Below are positions 58,370 through 64,000 of a stretch of DNA of 64,000 nucleotides, in pieces; the stretch's first letter is position 1; every line of letters begins with the position of its first letter. The stretch lies in the NCBI RefSeq assembly GCF_027490375.1, contig NZ_JAIXYH010000016.1, positions 31,123-95,122 of the forward strand, written 5' to 3'. Source of the DNA: Flavobacterium sp. Lineage in GTDB: Bacteria > Bacteroidota > Bacteroidia > Flavobacteriales > Flavobacteriaceae. Under the pieces are notes generated by a model, which did no database searches, was not told the DNA's origin, and saw only the letters and a program-made list of their open reading frames with translations. The position numbers were made by a program, and so were the translations under genes.

Positions 58370-60643
58370 TCAATGCAAAATCCGACCTATGGCTAATCGG
58401 GCGAGTAAATAGCTAAGTGTCGATTCTGCACCTTGATTTAGATTCACATTGGTTTCCTCAATGCCGTCGCAGCAACCTCCCGTTTCTTCTTGGTAAACTG
58501 CTTGCTTTAGGTGATTAGCTCCTAAAAACCAATAAAATGCATTAATGGAAAGAACTTTAAAACGCTTGTCGCGAAAAGCGCTGTGGAATTTTTCCAATGC
58601 TAAAATGGTATATGCAACGTCGATGGGTTGTTCACCACCCGTTACGGCTTTTTCTGCATGACCTTTAAATTGCCAACCTTTATTGGAAACAACTTTTAAT
58701 TTTCCATCAAAAAATATTCGCGAGAGTAAAAATTCGAAACTTTCGCAAGCTATTTCTTTAAAATTGGCATTATCTGTGAATAAAGCCGCTTGTAATAAAG
58801 CTTCGGGCAGCAAACTATTCGCATACGTTAAATAGCTTTCAAACCAATTCCAGTTGGTGGTTTTTTCATGTAAATACATTTGAACTAATCTGTGACTAAA
58901 TAATTTTACCAATTCACTATTTTCTTGTCGCCCATCGGCTACTAAAGCTTTAATTATAAAAGCCATAGCTCGCGTCGAATGGATATGTTTAACGTTGTTA
59001 ATTCCATTGTCGAACAGAGTGAGAGCTAAATTTATCAATCTCTCAGGTATAAATTGCTTTTTAGAAATAACCGCTCCAAGCGCCCACAGCGCACGACCGT
59101 TGCTATCTTCTAAATTTTCACGATAGTTTTGATCTGTGAATTTCCCTGTTACATCGACATAATTTAAGAAGCTGCCGTCGGGTTGCTGACAATAGGCAAT
59201 GAAGTTCAAATAAATTTCGAGAAGATCAATCAGTTTTTTTTGTAGGCCATGAATATGAACTTCACTTAGGGCAATAAGTGCTCGTGCATTATCATCAAGT
59301 GTATATCCTGTTGAAAGATCAGGTGTCGATAGATTTGAAAATTGAATCATACCGAACTTATCTGTTAATTTAAAGATGTGTTTTAATTCGATAGGCGGAA
59401 TTTTATATCGAAACTGAAGTGCATTCTTAGTTAACTTCTGAAATAAATCGACGTGCGAAATGGCTGAATTTCTCCAATTAGTTTTAGTAATCTTATGAAT
59501 CACATTTAGCGAAATTCTCTGACGAAGATCATGGTCGTCTAAAAGTTTGATTATCTCGGAAGCTAGCGTTTTCGAATCATTAAAGGGAACAATTACTCCG
59601 TTTTCTTCGTCGAGCAGTTCTACAGCGTGCGGTATAGGGGTTGATATCACCGGGCAACCAGCAGCTAGAGCATACGAAAACGTACCACTTACTGCTTGAC
59701 TAGCGTCTTTAGAGGTAAACAGGTAGATATATGTTAATTGCAGATAGGTCTGTAATAAATCCAGCGGTAAATACGAATCAACCATCCTTACATTTCGCGC
59801 TACTTGTAATTCGCTAATTCGTTGTTTAAGCGAATCTCTGTACTTCTCGCCTCCTTGTCGGTATACTTCAGGGTGTGTTTTTCCCAAAAGCAAGAATAGG
59901 ACATTCGGAAACTTTTCAACAACTCTTGGCAAAGCTTCGATGGTTGTTTCAATACACTTACTCTCACTTATTAATCCAAAAGTGGTTAAAATTTCCCGAT
60001 TAGTTAGATGTAGTTTCTTCTTAAGCAATTCATTATCAATCTCCAAAGGTAGGTGCGTCCCGTGCGGAATAACTTGAATTTTTTCTTTTTTTATTCCATA
60101 TTCATCACTTAATATTTTTACTGCCGAACAAGTCATTACAATAATGTATTGTGCTGTGTCTGCTAAATCTCTTACTTTCTTGAAAAGCATAGCATCTGGA
60201 TTTGGCAAAACTGTGTGAAAAACCAAGATTACAGGAGCTGCTAGATTTGCAATAAATTCGATAAGTTTGGATTCTGTGTTTTTGAACAAGCCAAATTCAT
60301 GTTGAATTACAATCAACTTTACTGATTTATTCGCGTTAATCTCTTTTAGATTTAATGAGTAGCTCTCTGGCTTGTCGGTATTTAAAACGTATAGCGGTTC
60401 ATCTTCGTAATCGAATTCCGCTTTATCGTTTTCGAGTGCGCAAATCTCAGCAGAAAAATTCTGTTCGAAATGTTTTCGTATAGCAGCAATTAGATCTGCG
60501 GTATACGTTGCAATTCCGCATTCACGCGGAGGAAAGGTACTGATAAAAAGAATTTGTGCCGTTTTAACTTCGGCGCTAGTGCTAAATCTTTTCTTTCTGC
60601 TAAATGCAATAATGCTCTTTAAGTGTAGGTTATTTGTTTTCAT
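58370..60643 (-). CDS. Family 4 glycosyltransferase fused to a ~330-aa unassigned helical C-terminal domain
   Basis: The N-terminal 'ISTFPPRECGIATYTADL' and the GT-B pattern fall within about the first 400 aa. The C-terminal half is helix-rich and possibly (alpha/alpha)6-like. Confidence 0.75.
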   Translation of the reverse strand: MKTNNLHLKSIIAFSRKKRFSTSAEVKTAQILFISTFPPRECGIATYTADLIAAIRKHFEQNFSAEICALENDKAEFDYEDEPLYVLNTDKPESYSLNLKEINANKSVKLIVIQHEFGLFKNTESKLIEFIANLAAPVILVFHTVLPNPDAMLFKKVRDLADTAQYIIVMTCSAVKILSDEYGIKKEKIQVIPHGTHLPLEIDNELLKKKLHLTNREILTTFGLISESKCIETTIEALPRVVEKFPNVLFLLLGKTHPEVYRQGGEKYRDSLKQRISELQVARNVRMVDSYLPLDLLQTYLQLTYIYLFTSKDASQAVSGTFSYALAAGCPVISTPIPHAVELLDEENGVIVPFNDSKTLASEIIKLLDDHDLRQRISLNVIHKITKTNWRNSAISHVDLFQKLTKNALQFRYKIPPIELKHIFKLTDKFGMIQFSNLSTPDLSTGYTLDDNARALIALSEVHIHGLQKKLIDLLEIYLNFIAYCQQPDGSFLNYVDVTGKFTDQNYRENLEDSNGRALWALGAVISKKQFIPERLINLALTLFDNGINNVKHIHSTRAMAFIIKALVADGRQENSELVKLFSHRLVQMYLHEKTTNWNWFESYLTYANSLLPEALLQAALFTDNANFKEIACESFEFLLSRIFFDGKLKVVSNKGWQFKGHAEKAVTGGEQPIDVAYTILALEKFHSAFRDKRFKVLSINAFYWFLGANHLKQAVYQEETGGCCDGIEETNVNLNQGAESTLSYLLARLAIGRILH

Positions 60644-60652
60644 TAGAAAATG

Positions 60653-61654
60653 CTAATTTTTAAATTTCAATAGTTCAGATAATAGCGTGTCGTATTCAAC
60701 GGCAGCAACAGCAATTCTTGTGTCGGCTGCTCCGTAGTAAATGAATAAGAATTCTTTTTCTAGCAAGAGTCCGGTTGGAAAACAAACGTTATCGACTTCG
60801 CCTTGCATTTCCCAAAGTTCTTCTGGAACAAACAACGGATATGGAAGGCGCGACAACTCAATTTGTGGTTTTTCAAGATCCAATAAAGCGGCGCAAACGG
60901 CATACACATTTCTACCGCTTAAGCTTTGTACACCGTGGTAAATAAGCAACCAACCAAACTGCGTTTCTAATGGCGGACAACCGCTGCCAATGTAATCCGA
61001 TTCGTGATCGTACTTGGGTGCTAGAACAACACAATCAGCATACTTATCGAAATATAAGTTCCAAAATGCTGTTGTGAGTTCTTTAAAAGAGGAAATTCCC
61101 ACTACGATTTGAATGTTAGGTTTAATGCGGTGGAGAAAGTAAAATTTACTATTGATTTTTCTAGGAAACAAAACCAAATTTTTGTCCCAAATAAATGAAG
61201 AAGTCGATCGGCCATCTTCATCAACAAACTGATTTTCAATACTTAATTTCGAATTCAGCTCATCACGTGAAATCTTAGGGACAATTATTCCTTGTTTTTC
61301 CCAATGCATTAAATCAATCGATGTAGCTAAAGCTCCAAGCGCATTAATACCGTCGTATGCCGTGTAAGTAATGTAATAAACATTTTCAATTTTAACGATC
61401 CTTGGGTCTTCCAAACCATGACTTTCGTATGGAAATTCATTAACAATCAAAGGTCGCTCACTTCTAAAAGAAAGCTTCGTCGGACTAGAAAATTTGCAAT
61501 AGCCTATGGTTGAAAAGTTTCCCTTGGCAACAGCTCGATAAAACATAAAAATCTCAGAACCGACCTTAATAACGGCCGGATTCAATACTCCAACAGATTC
61601 AAAATAATGCTTCGTGGATTCTAATAGAACACCAAATCGTATCACGTTTATCAT
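60653..61654 (-). CDS. GH130-family (DUF377) glycosidase/phosphorylase-like beta-propeller protein
   Basis: It contains 'GVLNPAVIKVGSEIFMFYRAV', 'GLEDPRIVKIENVYYITYTAYDG' and 'IYYGAADTRIAVA'. Confidence 0.7.
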   Translation of the reverse strand: MINVIRFGVLLESTKHYFESVGVLNPAVIKVGSEIFMFYRAVAKGNFSTIGYCKFSSPTKLSFRSERPLIVNEFPYESHGLEDPRIVKIENVYYITYTAYDGINALGALATSIDLMHWEKQGIIVPKISRDELNSKLSIENQFVDEDGRSTSSFIWDKNLVLFPRKINSKFYFLHRIKPNIQIVVGISSFKELTTAFWNLYFDKYADCVVLAPKYDHESDYIGSGCPPLETQFGWLLIYHGVQSLSGRNVYAVCAALLDLEKPQIELSRLPYPLFVPEELWEMQGEVDNVCFPTGLLLEKEFLFIYYGAADTRIAVAAVEYDTLLSELLKFKN

Positions 61655-62017
61655 AATAAAAAGGAACGTTTAAGAAGTAGTAATAGCTGTTTTCAGCTAC
61701 ATAAATAACTGATCGTGAGCTCAATTTAAAAGCATTGCGATACTTTACTGATGAGCCAAACTGTTGAAATATTTATATGAAATCGAAAAAATAAAGGAAT
61801 GAGGTGCTGGAAACTATTTCTAGTTGATTTTAAGCTGAATACCTGTATTCCTGAAGATGTAGTAGTAAAAGTAGTGGTAAAGCTGCTTTTTTGAGAATGA
61901 GTAGACTAAACCTAATTAGCACTCTTTCAAATCTTTATAAAGATACGTGTTTTAAGTTAACAGCTGTTCTTTGGGATGTTAATTAAATCACATAAAAAAC
62001 TAGATTAATGCTGAAAA

Positions 62018-62063
62018 TAAAAAAATCCCTAGTACCGCACGTAGTTCACGGTAATAGGGATTT
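62018..62063 (-). terminator. Rho-independent terminator of phoH
   Basis: On the minus strand it reads AAATCCCTATTACCG-TGAACTACGTG-CGGTACTAGGGATTT, followed by TTTTTTT. Confidence 0.8.
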
Positions 62064-62082
62064 AGAGAATAAAAATTAGAAC

Positions 62083-63033
62083 TTAATCGTGATTTTCGAT
62101 TTTCTTGTATGCATCAATTACTTTCTTCACCAAACGGTGACGTACAATATCTTTATCGTCAAGGTAAATGATACCAATACCGTCGATGTCTTTCAAAACC
62201 AGTAAGGCTTCTTTAAGACCGCTGATTGTACGTCGTGGTAAATCAACCTGCCCCGGATCTCCGGTAATCATAAATTTTGCATTGCGTCCCATTCGCGTCA
62301 AGAACATTTTCATCTGCGAATGCGTGGTATTTTGCGCTTCATCCAAGATTACAAAGGCGTTGTCGAGCGTTCGACCGCGCATAAAAGCCAAAGGAGCAAT
62401 TTGTATGATGCCTTTTAAAATGTAGTCTTCCAGTTTTTCGTTCGGAAGCATATCGCGAAGCGCATCGTATAACGGTTGCATGTACGGATCGAGCTTCTCT
62501 TTCATATCGCCTGGAAGAAATCCTAAATTTTCTCCAGCTTCAACGGCAGGTCGAGTCAAAATAATGCGCTTTACCGTTTTTTCTTTTAGTGCTTTCACAG
62601 CCATCGCCACACCTGTATAGGTTTTTCCGGTACCGGCAGGACCAACAGCAAAAACCATGTCGTTTTTCTGAAGCGTATCAACCAATAACTGCTGATTTGG
62701 AGTCATGGCTTTGATGATTTTCCCACCTACACCATGCACTAAAATCTTATCGTGATCGCCCATCCGCTCTACATTCTGTGCACCGCCTTCAATAACGCGC
62801 TCAATTACATTATTGTCGATATTGTTGTATCTGCTAAAGTGCAACATCAGGCGGTTAAAACGATTTTCAAACTCATCTAAAACTTCTTTTTCGCCAAAAG
62901 CTTTGATGGTCGTACCGCGGGCAACAATTTTTAACTTCGGGTAATACTTCTTGATAGTCTCCAAATGGGCGTCTTGGGCACCCCAAAAATCCTTGGGAGC
63001 AATGTCAATTAACTCAATAATGCGCTCGTTCAA
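62083..63033 (-). CDS. phoH: PhoH-family ATPase
   Basis: It has Walker A 'GPAGTGKTY', 'ILDEAQN', and 'ITGDPGQVDLP'. Confidence 0.93.
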   Translation of the reverse strand: MNERIIELIDIAPKDFWGAQDAHLETIKKYYPKLKIVARGTTIKAFGEKEVLDEFENRFNRLMLHFSRYNNIDNNVIERVIEGGAQNVERMGDHDKILVHGVGGKIIKAMTPNQQLLVDTLQKNDMVFAVGPAGTGKTYTGVAMAVKALKEKTVKRIILTRPAVEAGENLGFLPGDMKEKLDPYMQPLYDALRDMLPNEKLEDYILKGIIQIAPLAFMRGRTLDNAFVILDEAQNTTHSQMKMFLTRMGRNAKFMITGDPGQVDLPRRTISGLKEALLVLKDIDGIGIIYLDDKDIVRHRLVKKVIDAYKKIENHD

Positions 63034-63152
63034 ATGAATTGTATTTAGTTTTTAAAACAGTTTCAAGCTTCCTTTTCATGAAGAATAATGTAGCTTTGTC
63101 TCAAATTTAGGGATTTTAATAGCCCGCGACGATTTTAGTTATAAACAAATAA

Positions 63153-63998
63153 ATGTCAATAATTACGCTTACCAGCGATTTTGGTTTAAAGGATTATTTT
63201 GTAGCTGCGGCCAAAGCACGATTGTTCTCGTTGGCTCCAGAAGCAAAAGTTATTGATATTTCGCACGATGTCGACGCCTTTAATATTGCTGAAGCTGCCT
63301 ATCTCATTCACGGAGCTTTTTCTCATTTTCCTGAGAACACCGTTCATTTAATTTTAGTTGATTACGAACGAAATCGTGAGCAACAACATGTGCTGGTTCG
63401 ATTTGCTAACCAGTATTTTATTGCTGCTGATAACGGAATTCTATCACTTCTTTTAGGAAATAACGCTGTCGCGGAAATTTACGAAATCAACATTCAGAAA
63501 GCTTTAGCGGAACATAGCGACTTGCAAATCCTTTTGCACGTGGCGGCTCACCTAGCAAAAAATGGTGCCGTGAGTGTGGTAGCCAAGCCTAAAGAAAAAC
63601 TTGCTGATACCGTAGCTCCCGAAGCCACTTTGGCGGCAAACGGAACTGAAATTCACGGAAGTGCCATTTACTTCGATCGATTTGGCAATATTGTAACCAA
63701 CATTCGGAAACGCTTTTTCGATTCGTTTGCGAAAGCACGTAGCTTCGAAATTTCCTTGCCCAGAGCAACGGTTTCGGGCATCGGAAGCATTAGCCGGATT
63801 GTCGAAAATTACAGCGATATTGCCAGCGACGAGCGCTTTAAAATCATCGAATACAGCAGCCAGCCATTGGCAAAGTTCAACGACGCCGGATTTTTAGAAA
63901 TCGCTGTTTTTCGTGGAAATCCGCAGCGAAGCGGTGCAGCGCAGAGTTTACTCGGTGTAAAATATCTGGATCCGGTTGTAATTACTTTTAAATCATGA
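63153..63998 (+). CDS. SAM hydrolase / SAM-dependent halogenase family protein (DUF62)
   Basis: 'ITLTSDFGLKDYFVAAAKARL' matches the N-terminal signature of this family. It is 281 aa. Confidence 0.8.
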   Translation: MSIITLTSDFGLKDYFVAAAKARLFSLAPEAKVIDISHDVDAFNIAEAAYLIHGAFSHFPENTVHLILVDYERNREQQHVLVRFANQYFIAADNGILSLLLGNNAVAEIYEINIQKALAEHSDLQILLHVAAHLAKNGAVSVVAKPKEKLADTVAPEATLAANGTEIHGSAIYFDRFGNIVTNIRKRFFDSFAKARSFEISLPRATVSGIGSISRIVENYSDIASDERFKIIEYSSQPLAKFNDAGFLEIAVFRGNPQRSGAAQSLLGVKYLDPVVITFKS

Positions 63999-64000
63999 TT

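Overview
The window looks like a chromosomal segment of a Bacteroidota (Flavobacteriia-like) genome. The evidence is a fused lpxC-fabZ gene inside an HD-hydrolase / lpxD / lpxC-fabZ / lpxA / efp / second-lpxD cluster, leaderless-looking gene starts without Shine-Dalgarno sequences, and many lipoprotein or secreted hypothetical proteins.

The conserved backbone includes sucD, the lipid A cluster, clpB, ettA, holA, purC, phoH, acyltransferases, a rhomboid protease, and SIMPL, DJ-1/PfpI and Crp/Fnr modules.

Two visibly more AT-rich accessory segments interrupt this backbone.

- **Segment 1 (about 18.2-33.5 kb, between clpB and ettA).** It carries a Crp/SRPBCC module, a BRO-N/DinD-like gene, a nonsense-disrupted membrane gene, orphan secreted proteins, and a 1,613-aa single polypeptide. 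That polypeptide fuses a DEDD exonuclease, a RecQ helicase and a UvrD-like helicase, and it is my best candidate for an undescribed anti-mobile-element or DNA-surveillance system.
- **Segment 2 (about 42.4-50.1 kb).** It is a co-oriented minus-strand array: a DUF3800 gene with an in-frame stop, a HEAT-repeat gene, a membrane protein, a beta-propeller lipoprotein, a TPR protein, another membrane protein and a secreted protein. The junction sequences between these genes are duplicated.

Both segments are bounded or punctuated by copies of a roughly 155-190 nt non-coding element (7 copies seen). The element has a central hairpin that keeps its apical motif (TTCT..GTC) while the stem sequences change in a compensatory way. 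Three copies are preceded by long mosaics of short repeat modules.

I saw no rRNA, tRNA, CRISPR array, integrase or transposase. All family assignments come from motif recognition by eye; nothing was searched.
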